64,000 nucleotides of DNA from Dicyema japonicum. Its lineage: Eukaryota > Animalia > Dicyemida. Positions 25,981 to 37,782 of this stretch are shown here, in pieces (the stretch's first letter is position 1; each line of letters begins with the position of its first letter). The notes beneath the pieces were generated by a model, which saw only the letters and a list, made by a program, of their open reading frames with translations, was not told the DNA's origin and made no database searches. The DNA is taken from the NCBI GenBank assembly GCA_011109175.1, contig RDEW01000034.1, positions 150,504 to 214,503 of the forward strand. The letters run 5' to 3'. The translations under genes and the position numbers were made by a program.

Positions 25981-27179
25981 TCTCATTTTGGTCGGAAATT
26001 TGTAAAATTGTTAGTTCTTAAAGTTTAACTACTAATATTCTAGTGAGCTGTGAGATCAACATCGACCTTTTCTACTTTACTTGGGAAACTTAATGAGCTA
26101 GGGGTTTTTCACAGGTGTTAACATCAGAAGACTCAGCTTTTCTCAATTGACATAGACTTTAGACTCACTATCACGAAGACACTCAGTATGAAGTAATTTT
26201 TGGTAAACTCATTATCTGGATGGATAGTTATCTTGACGGTCAGAAAAGACTTACAGTCAAAGTCTACTTTTTTACCCCCTTCAAATAACTCAAAAAATCT
26301 TAGGGGTGATTTTTGCACTTCTCATCACATGATTTAGATGTAGTGACAAATTGTGAAAATAGGACAAATGGACTAAAAAGTCAAGATTTTTAATATTTTT
26401 ACATTGAATTTTTATTGTAGCGTCAATAGCAACATTTTAGTGGATTTTCTATAAATTCAGTGAATTTTAATTTCATATTAATTCCATTATTATTGTAAGA
26501 CCAGAAAATCACCATTAACAAATTTTATAAAAACTAGAGAGCTATAATACCTATCAGAGCTTATACAGGGGAAAGGTTCCAGTTACCAAATATTTTATTT
26601 ATACTTATCTAGACCCCCTTGATCACCTAGAAAGACAGAAAAAGCGTCAGACAGTAAGCTAATCTTAGTTCCCACAATCAATGTAACTGTTCAACGTGTA
26701 TGGTCTTCTTTGAACGACAGTCTGAGATGAATAACGTGCATATTGATCGTAGTCAGTAGTACTATCTTCAATGGAATGATTGATTTATACTGGAGAGATC
26801 TTCGAAAGGCTTTGGTTCCGCGAACGTCTCGGAATTGCCATCGTTCACGGCTTATCCTGCCTGCCTACTTTTTTTGGTCCTTTTTTCTATAAAAATGAAA
26901 TGTCAGCTTATCTAATACCTAAACGAGGTATTTTTTTAGGATTTCTCTGAAACTTCGTTAAGCGATTAGGAGAACGATAATAAAACTCTATCTCAACTGA
27001 AATCTCAACAGTTCTATGCATCAACTAACTGCGATTTGCTGAAAACTTATAGTAAGAACGCGGATAAGAGGTCAAATAGTGAATCAGTAGATTTCCATAA
27101 TATTATTGCTTCCGATATATTCTGAGTAGCTGATAAAAACCGAATTTGTTGTTTAGCAATTAATTTTGACTAAATATCT

Positions 27180-27620
27180 TGTGTTGGACTACCTAAAGAG
27201 AAGTAAGGCCTTCATATATTTCAAATAATGTCTTGGATAAAAATGACACGTCTCATTTATTTTAAAAGATCAATAGAAGTTCATAATTATTTTAAAAAAT
27301 TTCATAAAACAAGTAAAGTCAACGATATTTAAGGTTTTGTTCGCGATATTTAGGTATCAGCTACATGTCTTTAAGAGAACTGGAGATTAGCCTTTTAAGA
27401 GCCAGAATATGTATAAAGACAGAAAAAAGGTTTCCAAGAACTTTTTAGATACTGAAACGTGTATATATGGGGAAATTGCTACTTTTCTTGTCAGGAAGCT
27501 GAGTTAATAAAAAAAGTACATAAAGCAGGATACAAACAAAGCTCTGCAGGAACTACCACAAAATGATTCAATTAATCGTTTATATCACATTATTGAATCA
27601 AAATCATTTAAAAGAGGTGT
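27180..27620 (+). pseudogene. Second decayed TIS11/ZFP36-like CCCH copy
   Basis: Inverted homolog of 4330-4720; KNFLDTETCIYGE..KAGYK..LCRNYH. Confidence 0.65.
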
Positions 27621-27699
27621 GGTGTAATCAGCGATAATCTCAGATGGAAAATAAAGAACGAAAAAAACGAAGTACGAGGAACAACGCCAGTACGGACAA

Positions 27700-30470
27700 A
27701 TCAAGTAAGTTTTTTATGTAGACAATGGAATAAAAGGAAATTTGGAATAAATTGCACCCTATGTGAATCATTCGTCCATTTGGGATACATAAAAATGAGA
27801 AAAGCTTGGGCCGAGACGCTGTCGAGTTGGGTGTGCCCCTCTTGTATTGGAATGGGATTCCCCAGGCAAGAAAAAATAGCTAAGCCTAACTTTACACTGC
27901 CACATACAGACCACACTCTCTTGAAGATCTCGAACCTTTTGAAAGCCATAAAGATCTCAGTAAAAATCCCTAAAGGAGTACGAATTGCCGCAGCAACGTG
28001 TCTTTCAGATACCATTGGGAAACTGAAACGAAACATAATGGATTTTAGCTGTCATAACTTACACGTAATACTTGAACAGCCACTTTATGTAAATGAGGTC
28101 GAAACCAGAGGAGCATTCATCAAGAATGCCCCCAACAAACTAAAGGAGAAAGTAAACCGGAAGGTTCTCGAAGGCGACGTGCGGGCAGCCATACGGGTTA
28201 TCACGTCTGATACACAATATTGTCTTGTACCCCCGAAATCCTAAATACCTTAATACTGAAGCACCCAGATGCGACGACTGACTATTAAGGAACCCAAGAG
28301 ATTATCATTACCGAATCCGAAGTGCGCCACGGAATAACTTCCTTTGCCGCTAGCAGCGGTGGAGGTTTGGAAGAGCCATATTAAGGACCTTACGATAACT
28401 TACACCTCGGAAGCTGGACGCTGTCTCGTCTAATCAATTACGGACCTAATCAGAAAAATGGTCAACGGCGACATCATAGAATAGGCCAGAGAATTGCTCT
28501 TCTCCGCAAGGCTACTTGCTATCAAAAAACCAAATTGAGGAATCCACCCCATTGCGATCGGGAAGTATTTTAGAAGACTTGCAGCAAAGGCATCGACCCT
28601 GGTGAGCCGACAACTTGGAGAGGAGTTCTTTCTAAACAAATGGGTGTTAGTATCCAGAACGTATGTGAAGCTACGGTTCACGGAGAAAGGCGTTTCTTCA
28701 CACAGAATAATATTTCAAATGAATTCATTGGAATCAAGTTGGACATAACGAATGCATTCAATTTTTTCAGAAGAGATAAAATTATGGAATCGTGTTGAAA
28801 GAGGGCTCCAAAGCTTTTCCCTCTTGTCAAATTATATTATGGGGACGATGGTTTTGAAAACGAAATTATTAAATCAAAAACGGGGGCCCAACAAGAAGAT
28901 CCGCTCGGACCTCTCTTATTTGCCCTGACCATTGATGATGTTGTAAGATCAATTGTTGCCCAGTTTAATCTCTAGTACTTCGATAATGCCACAATTAGAG
29001 GATCATTAAGAAAACATACAATTCATTACGTAAAGCGTTACCCGCATTAAAACACTTGTGCTTGGACATCAATGTTAATAAATCAGAGCTAATAAATGTC
29101 TCATATCCATACACCGACTTCATCTCTATCAAGGAGACTTTTAACGAACTGCTTCCTGGGATCCCGACTGTGCCAGTAGATAAATTGTATTTTCTCGGAT
29201 GCCCACTCAGCGAAGAAGAACTCAAGAACCATCGACATTTCTAAAATGAAAAATTAACACGCCTCGCGAAAATATTGTCATGTTTCGACTCTCACACATC
29301 TTTCTTCGTGATGAGAAACAATATCGGACTACCCAAGCTTTTGTATCTACTCCGATGTACACCCTACTACGAATAATAAGACAGTCTACTTTCGATAAAC
29401 AAATCTCTCAAACAAACTGTTGAGTCACTAATTAACGTCCGCTTCGACGAACTTGGTTGGAAGCAATGTAAACTTCCCTCTGGATTTTTGGATGTAGGTC
29501 TAAGATCGGCGCTGAAGGTTACGTACATATCTATCGTCTCTCTCAAGCTGCAGCCATTTGACACGGCAAGTCCTTCATAACACTATTGGACTTCGCTGGA
29601 ATGATTCAATTGACGAAGCTTGTCGGAAATGGAACGAATCCGGACTCAAAATTCTCGAAGACACAACAAAGCAAAGTAATTGGGATAAAATTGTCTGCTC
29701 AAAAATTTTGGAAGACCTTAAAAAGAAACAAATCAACATCATCTGGCTTGTTTGGTGTGAACATCAAGTGGAAGGAGTGAGCATGGCTTGGTGCAGTACA
29801 TTGCTCGAACCTCTGGACTTTTTGGAAGAGGTTATTTGAGGATCGAAATTGGACAAAGGCTGGGAGTAGACGCTTGCCAGGAACACAGATGCCGATGCTT
29901 GAAAACAGTCGATGTTAAGGGATTGCACCCGCTGTCCTGCAGAAGAAGCGCCGGAAGAGGACTACGTCATGCCGCTCTGAACGATGTGATCATCAGAGCT
30001 CTAAAGCTACAGGCTTCCCAACACAGCTTGAACCAGTGGGTCTTGATCGAAAAGATGGAAAGAGACCTGACAAGATGACCCTTTTTTCTTTCACGTCTGG
30101 AAGATCTTCGGTCAGGGACGCAACTTGTGTTGACACGTTCTCAAGCACGAATATTTACAAATCGGTTCAAACACCTGGATCAGCTGCTTCGACTGCGGAG
30201 AACCTAAAAATCAAGAAATAATCTAGCCTCGTGACTTGTACCGATGTACTCCTGTTGCGACAGAATCATCGTGAGCCGTTGGTCCAATGATGGCTGAGTT
30301 CTTGCGAGAACTCGGAAAAATGCTTGCCAAAAACAAAAAAGATAAACGAGAAGGGTTATGGCTTAGACAAAAGATTGGATTGGTCATATTACGAGGACTC
30401 GTGCACAATCCACGCAGCAAACTTCCTCAACTGACATTTGTTTAATAGTCAAAAAAATAAATTTTACATT
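27700..30470 (+). mobile_element. Near full-length degenerate CRE-like retrotransposon with an N-terminal PHD-like finger
   Basis: CTLCESFVHLG..WVCPSC; HPIAIGKYFRRLAAK; KLDITNAFN; QQEDPLGPLLF; RHAALND; KRPD; WLRQKIG; sits between the two halves of the duplication of 2540-4720. Confidence 0.85.
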
Positions 30471-30479
30471 AAAAAATAT

Positions 30480-31880
30480 TTAATGGATGATACACGCTAT
30501 TTTGTTATGATGTATGAGAGAATTTGCGAAATCGTTGAGTTATGCTAATTAAACGTGATGTTACTGTGAGATTAATATTTGTATACTTCAAAGATTAATT
30601 AGAATAACCCTTGCGAAACTGATGTTTTGGAAGAGTCTGAATTCATTCTTTCGTGTTTGTACAAGCCAAGCGAAATTCTTGATGAACTCGATAAAATTAG
30701 GAGCAAGCACTCAAACGTCTGTACATAAATCTGTCAGAAATAATATAGAATTCACTTTTTTTATATCCACCATCCAAGATTTTAGTATCAAAAACACAAG
30801 ATCTCCCATGTTGAAGTCTTTAAACAAATAATCAAAAACTAAATTTTTAATTTTGTATCTGTTATGGCCATAACAGGCAATTTAAAATCATTTCTTTTTG
30901 TGAGGGTCTCTGAGCCTCAATTGTATTTCTTACCTTATTGATGTCCCCTTTACTTATTATCCTAACCGCTCCAGAGGTTTTTCTGTACAAACAAACCTCG
31001 CTTGAGACGATTGTGCGACAGTCATCCTAACTAGAGTCGCAAGAAACCTGACCAAGACGCATGATTTTATATCGGAGTCAGTTGATGTGTCCAATTTCAA
31101 TGGTTGAAAGATCAAATTGACATTCTGAACTCATTGGTGCTTATAGGTTAGATTATAAACTTAGATATTTTCAGATCTCAACTATTCTCAAATATTCTAG
31201 AATGTCAAATTCATTCTATCTATTTTAAATTAAACACACTTAAAATTTATCTCATGTAAAAATCTTCATGTCTTCCAAGACGAAAAAATCTGTTAAGTTC
31301 AATCGCTCTTGATCTATTTCATTCCTAAGGAATTTTCCATTCAAATTGCAAAAGTGGAGAATCCAATGTTAGAAGACGCACGTTAGTTGGGAGCACTTCG
31401 TTGTTATCCATAAGCATATTAATACTTAGGGTTCGGCTAATACCCTGCACTTCTATTTGTTCTACCAGTTTTTTATATGCAGTTTTTCTCTTGCACGTAT
31501 TTTGTAGTTTATCAAGGTCGTTAGTTTTTTCCATTCAGTCATGAACTTGGACATGATTTTGATCATGACTGAAGCTAGTCAAATTTAATGACACAGAATA
31601 TTTACAAGATTGTTTTCAGGTCTCCGTTATTTTTCGAAGCACTTGAGGTAACGGCTCTCACTTTGCTGCCATCTTCGTTGGTCACACTGTTGTTACATTT
31701 CAGCGTCCTCCAGAAGGTGCCACACGAACATTTTTAATAAATTGATATTCGCTGTAATATCGGTTATTCGTTTTTGTGAGAGATAAACAAGGAAAAAGTA
31801 TCATTAACTATTCCTACGAGTTTTGAATATTCCAAAAGATTAATGATGCTTAAATAATATTAAGACTTTAAAACATGTTA
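30480..31880. repeat. Inverted paralog of 2540-4075
   Basis: See 2540-4075; includes ORF remnant 31325-31534. Confidence 0.8.
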
Positions 31881-32199
31881 CAGCCCCCTTGTTCAACATA
31901 AACGAACAGGAAAAATAATTTGACTAAGAAATGTTTAATTCCTTGTGCACAATTACTTTAAAATCGAAGAGTGGAGAATTCGATAGGGTTGTTTATATAT
32001 TTGATTGTTTGATAAAAATTGCGATTTCTTGAATCGAGAAAGAGATTTAGAAGAGACAAATTTTGGCATAAATCATTTGGTAAACTTTTTTGCAATTGAC
32101 AAAATTCAAAATTTTTTAAGTTTTTCAAATATCGTCTTAGTTTAAATAATTAAATAAATTCTGATACGAAAAAAATAGAAGACGAGTTACGAATTAAAA

Positions 32200-33650
32200 T
32201 TAGTTAGTAAAAGAGTTAAATCTATTGCTTTCTTGTATTTCAGTATGTGATTTCAGTTTAATAAAAATAGCGACAATGAGACATATGAATATTATTCCAA
32301 CAACTCCACACACGATTCCAATTATTTGATTTTTCGTCAATTTTTTTACGGCTTTACTTTCAAACGAAGTTAGTTTTTCAAAACTTATTGTATCTAAATT
32401 TCAGTCGAGTTTAATAACCATCTGAAACATAATGATGTTTAATCGTTGTTTTTTTGTCTTTAATTTCAGTAGTCAATTTTTTTACGGCTTTACTTTCAAA
32501 CGAAGTTAGTTTTTCAAAACTTATTGTATCTAAATTTCAGTCGAGTTTACTAACCATCTGAAAAATAATGATGTTTAATCGTTGTTTTTTGTCTTTAATT
32601 TCAGTAAATGATTGTGTTTCAAAGCATCCTTCATCTAAAATTCAGTCGGATTTCTTTACCATCTCCAATAAATTCAAAAATCAAATCATCACGGAAAAAT
32701 TGTAATTTAAAAGATGAAATTTCGATAGACACATTTTTATAGTTTTGTGAGATGGATCCACAGTGATTATATCCTCGCATTTTAATTTGTTTAAATTGCT
32801 TTTTAAGTGAAACACATTTATCTTTTTTATACCCAACACAAACAGAAAATCTATTAATACGATATTCATTCCCATTTTGTTTATACGCCGTAATAGATAT
32901 TTTAGAATAATCACTATGCAATATATATTCATTGTCACTGTAATCATGTGATAAGACATTATAGTAATAATCACTGAAATGTTCATCTGTTATCTACTTA
33001 TCAATGCAAACGTGTACAATTTCGTTATTGTCAATATATGATATTTTGATAGTTCCACTTATTACTGCTCGGATTCTATTTTGGTTAAATAAAAACCAAA
33101 TAGGCGTATTTGGGTCATTATTTGGGTTACAGTCATTAGCTAAATAAATTTTAATAAAAACCTATTCCAGTAAAATAATACGTAAGACTTTTATCGTGAT
33201 ATTGCAACTTGATTGAATAAAATGTAACAGATATATTATTCGAAAAACTAATATGAGCATAACCACATCGGTAGTATTCCCCATATTTAGTTTTAGGAAT
33301 CTTTGTGATATTCGTATATCGCTTACCAGCTTAAGTACAACAAAAAAAACGTACCATAATCAATTTCTGTTACTAAGTCAATAGTATAAAACTCATTGTA
33401 GAAGTATGGAATAAGTTTAAATTTTATGTTAGTGAAATAAAACAAATCAATACCATTAGTTTCCCATGCATCTATATGTTTCTCGGAAAGTAACCTTGAT
33501 AAACTATATTCCTAAAGTTAACGAAATATATACTATAGAAGGATTCTTGTAAATTACATATGAATCAATTAATATATATCTCTCATCACATTTTATTTTG
33601 ACTATTTTGCTAAACAGAATAATTATGATATAATGAATAGTTCTGTTCAT
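32200..33650 (-). CDS. Two-domain LAMP-like type I membrane glycoprotein, copy B (six micro-introns; two homopolymer frameshifts that may be sequencing errors)
   Basis: Signal-like MNRTIHYIIIILFSKIVKIKC; YYRCG..IKLQ..FTGI|ANDC; YNHCG..FKLQFF..FIGD|DEGC; TM IIGIVCGVVGIIFICLIVAIFI; tail ..SNRFNSFTN; introns 33512-33533, 33301-33326, 33140-33161, 32994-33017, 32635-32659, 32530-32554. Confidence 0.7.
32337..32607. repeat. About 135-bp tandem duplication inside copy B (real or assembly artefact)
   Basis: Units about 32337-32471 and 32473-32607, nearly identical. Confidence 0.85.
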
Positions 33651-35577
33651 GTAGTCTAAATTTTATTAGGTCAAATTTTATTTTATTTAAATTTTCATCT
33701 TAATTGTTTGATTTAATTATATATTAAATATCTATGATAAAAGATATTTCATTACCATTTTTATTAAATATCTTTAATTATTGAAAATATAGTTAACATT
33801 ATCAATTTCTCTCCTTAACTATTCTTCTATTACTCGACAACGTGATCATCTTGAACAATAATTCCAGCTTCATCACTATGCGGCTCCAAATCCTATCGTT
33901 TCTAGTAATCAGCTATACAAGTCGGCAAAACACGTAAATTTGAAAAAAATCCACGTCTCTCCAAATTCTCATTAAAGAATAACGATTGGATTTAGTAAAG
34001 CTGTGGTAATATGATGGAACACAGCAAAAACCTCTCATTCCTGTCGAGGTCTTTTTTTATTTTCTTTTTTCGATGTTAGATGATAATAAAGTGGTTAATG
34101 CTTTCACTCACGAATGGCTGTGAGTTAGATTCCTACACTTCCACCTACATTAACAAGGATTCTTTCCTTTTTTTGCTCTCTATTCCTTAAGCATCGATAG
34201 GGTATCCACATGAATCGAGAGCACTTTTTCATCTTTACTACGTGTTTGATTGGCTATTTCATATTACTCCGTGTTTGCAAAACCAGAGAATCCAAAAATG
34301 TAATAAATAGCGACAACAAAAAGTGTACGCAGCTCCTCAAACCACTTAGAAATCTAAGGCGAACTGAGTTGACCCCTGTATTGTCTTCATCAAACTTTCC
34401 GATTTGTCAGCGATTAGGAAAAATAATCTGATTTCTCATTTTATCCGAATCAAAATTACCGGTTTTAGATCTGAGTTAAATTTATCATTTCTGAACGTTT
34501 GTTTAGTGATCTAATTTCCGTTGCTGATCTTAATTATATTGCTTGAGCGCTCACTTAGATCTGGGCATTAAGATCCGATTCCCTAATCCAGATCCAACAT
34601 TTTGGTTGCCTAGGATATGTGGCGTTAGACAATTTTGAAGATCTTTATAAGACTAAAAACCAAATCGGGAATGTGGTGCTGAAAAATCAGTTAACCATTT
34701 TTTACGTTCATTTAAGGGAACGAGAGAAGTAAAACGTCCATTGATGAGATCCTTTTTGGAATGCATCGGAGTCATGTGATAATTAATTTGGTTTTAACGT
34801 GGTCTTGGGCAGTTATAAACAAATAAAATACAAGTAATCGACTTCTCCAAAAAACTTTCTACATTTATGGCAGACAGATCCAAACGACCCCTTTACATAG
34901 CCGCTAGCATTATGAATCAATAATCATTAAAATGCAATGAGTAAAGAATCCAATAATATTTTGCAAAAGAATAATATTTAATCTTAGAATATTTACCCTC
35001 GATCCTTAATTACGTTTTTCCATAATCGGCTTTGTGCGTAACTCAAGATATTCCTTGACGACTTCCATGTCTACGCTTGTATAAATCGCAGGGTCATCGA
35101 GTTTAGATCCACCAAACATCGCTCCGACGATAAAATTATCCAGTTACGCATGGAAATTTACTTTACTACTTCGAGGATAAAGAAAATCAACTCAGAATTA
35201 CGGGAAATACTTCGTCTATATTTCTATTGAAAATAATAAAATATATTTGAGTTATGAAAGAAACGTTTGGAAGTTATGGATTATCTCAAAGGAATAACCT
35301 AATAAAGTAGGAGAAGTTGAATTGTCTTTGATAGCAGCCTGTAGTATCGCTACCTATTTTTGGTGAACCACCTAAAATGGCCCTAATATAGAGAATTAAG
35401 AAAATTATTAGAAAAGTAGATAATTAAGGAATCAAGCAGTAAAGACATAATTATAACATTAAATGCTTACAATTTTTAATTGATTTTTTAAATGTTAATT
35501 TGACACGGAAATAGAAATAATACTCAGGGTTTAATAAAGAAAAAAATTTTGACGTCTCAATTATTTTATCTAAAAAA

Positions 35578-36060
35578 TTATATGCTGATGATAAATGGTT
35601 CCAATTGAAATTTCGATTTGATATAAAAAGTAACACCGAGTCCAGTTATATACAATGCGATAACTACGCATACAATTCCAATTATTAGATTTTTTTCCGT
35701 TTTTTCGAGGTTGATTGTTGCACAAAACATCCTTCATCTAAAATTAACTCCTATAAATTACCTTTCCGATAAATCCAAAAGTCGAATCATTACGGAAAAG
35801 CTGAAATTTAAAAGACGAAATTTCGATAGAAACTCCATTGGTGTAGTTTTGTGAAATTAATCCGCAATGATAGTGATTGCCTTTTTAATCCATTTAAAGT
35901 TTCGATGTATGTAAAAACAATTTCTAATCTTCACTTTTCTAGCACAAAAATAAAATTTAAAATCCGATATTCATTATCAGCCATATATGCCAAAATCGAG
36001 ATATAAGAATGAGTACCAGACAATCGATATTCACAAAGATAATCGACCAAACTATTAAAA
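35578..36060 (-). pseudogene. LAMP-like copy C, 3' part only (5' part replaced by a CRE fragment)
   Basis: HYHCGLISQNYTNGVSIEISSFKFQLF..FIG|DEGC; TM LIIGIVCVVIAL..; 24-nt intron 35738-35761. Confidence 0.65.
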
Positions 36061-36099
36061 TATTCATAATCATGAGCGAATACTCATCCTTAATCTAAT

Positions 36100-36760
36100 G
36101 TCTTCCGAGAGAGGTGTCTGGCTCAACGCCATTCCCAATGGTTTTGGGTACCTTCCTGGATGATGAATGCGTCTGTTGAGATCTCATTACAACTGTATTA
36201 AAATTCTGTGTTTAACATACGTGCCGATTCGGATACCAGGTCGAATGATTTGGCCTACATTTTTTCTCCTGCAGAAAGAGCCCAGGCAGATTTTCCAGAA
36301 ACATGGCATTGAGAGAAGTCTTTAGACGCACTTTGGACGCCGCCGGACACCGCTCCATGCTTAAACCAGTCAGTCAAGAAACGACCAGATGAGATAAACC
36401 ATCTTCCCTTTTGAAGCAAGGAAACCATCTCTCTGGAACGTCACCTTCACCGACACGTTTACCTGTTGCAACAAACTCCACAATGCCTCTGGAGCCTGTT
36501 CTATCGCTGAGAAGGCCGAGAGGTTGAAACGGGTAAAGTACGCAGTTCTACCCAAAGATTTCTGTTTTGTTCCACTCGCCGTTGAGACGTTTGGTTCCCT
36601 TGCGCTTGCAACACAGGAATTTTTAAGTTGTCTAGGGAATCGGATTTCTACACGATCTGGAGACCCTCGTGAACGCTGCTGCTTATTCGAGCGAATCTCC
36701 TTGCTATCCTGAGAAGGAATATCCATGCAGTCAGGGCAGCCACTATATGATCATTTGTTT
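36100..36760 (+). mobile_element. CRE-like 3' fragment
   Basis: GVWLNAIP; KYAVL..FVPLAVETFG; GDPRE..FERIS. Confidence 0.8.
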
Positions 36761-36959
36761 TCTTTTCTTTCCTTAATAAGTTATTTATTCATCAATTAAA
36801 AAAATTTGCTAACAGTTAAATTTTGACAAAATTGACACATATAAGAGAATAACTTAGTTATGGTTCAATAATATATCTTAGTTGCCTCAGGTTGCACTTC
36901 ACTGTAGAAAAAGTAATAATGAAAACACAGCTAAATTAATATTCCCATAAGTTAGTAAA

Positions 36960-37738
36960 CTATATTTTCAATTTAAGGGGATCGAATCTATTTGAAAGTG
37001 ATTCTCTGCTTCTAATTTTGTTCACTTTGAAATATGTCATCAACGAAATGATAAAAAGTGAAGTAATAATAATTCCTATAATCATCGGCATCTTGTCACG
37101 AATGAAACTGTATGACTTTTTTGTCTTCCTCCTATTCACGTCCAACAGACAATCATGAGCTAATCATGATACGACAAACTAACCTGTACCAATAAAATCC
37201 GAAACTGTGCCTTTTATGAGAAACTGCAACCTTAGATCCAACATTACTAACGTAATGTTGCTATTTTCAAATCTTAATTTGCTACATCTAAAATATTCAT
37301 CAGTTTTATGCCAAATTTCAACTCGGTAGATAATTTGCTTTTTGGAATCTAAATAAATCGCACATTTACCGTTATAATAAGCTACAACTTGAATATCAGT
37401 TATTTTAACCGTCCCATCCTCGTAGTCAAAATAAAAACAAAGATCGTAAATATCCTCTGCTAAAGTCGCTTTATACGAACGAACGTTAAATTTTGGATTG
37501 GTGAATGTAAACTCTGGCTTTTATAAGCAAAACAATTTACCTTCTTATGAATAATGATTCGTATTGTACCACTGAGGATGGCTGTTACATTATTATTGAT
37601 GAATGCTATCCACGTTGAAATTCCATTTTTATCAGATTGGATTGATTTGGTATTTTGTCCACATTTAATGCTGAATGAGATTAAAATATAAAAAAATCTA
37701 AAAAATAGTTCAATATTAAGGTAACATATATGACCCAT
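36960..37738 (-). CDS. Single-domain LAMP-like type I membrane protein, copy D, apparently intact (about 243 aa, two micro-introns)
   Basis: Splicing 37518-37540 (23 nt) and 37160-37183 (24 nt) gives one open frame: hydrophobic N-terminus, EYFRCS..LRLQF..FIGT|AHDCLLD, TM MPMIIGIIITSLFIISLMTYF, tail ..SNRFDPLKLKI. Confidence 0.75.
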
Positions 37739-37782
37739 TTTTAAATTTATTTATATTCTCAATATTTTAATTTAATCGCAGA

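Noticed and set aside
33820-34430. GPCR pseudogene (LLNPIVI)
   Set aside because: Single short motif amid stops; no seven-TM pattern recoverable
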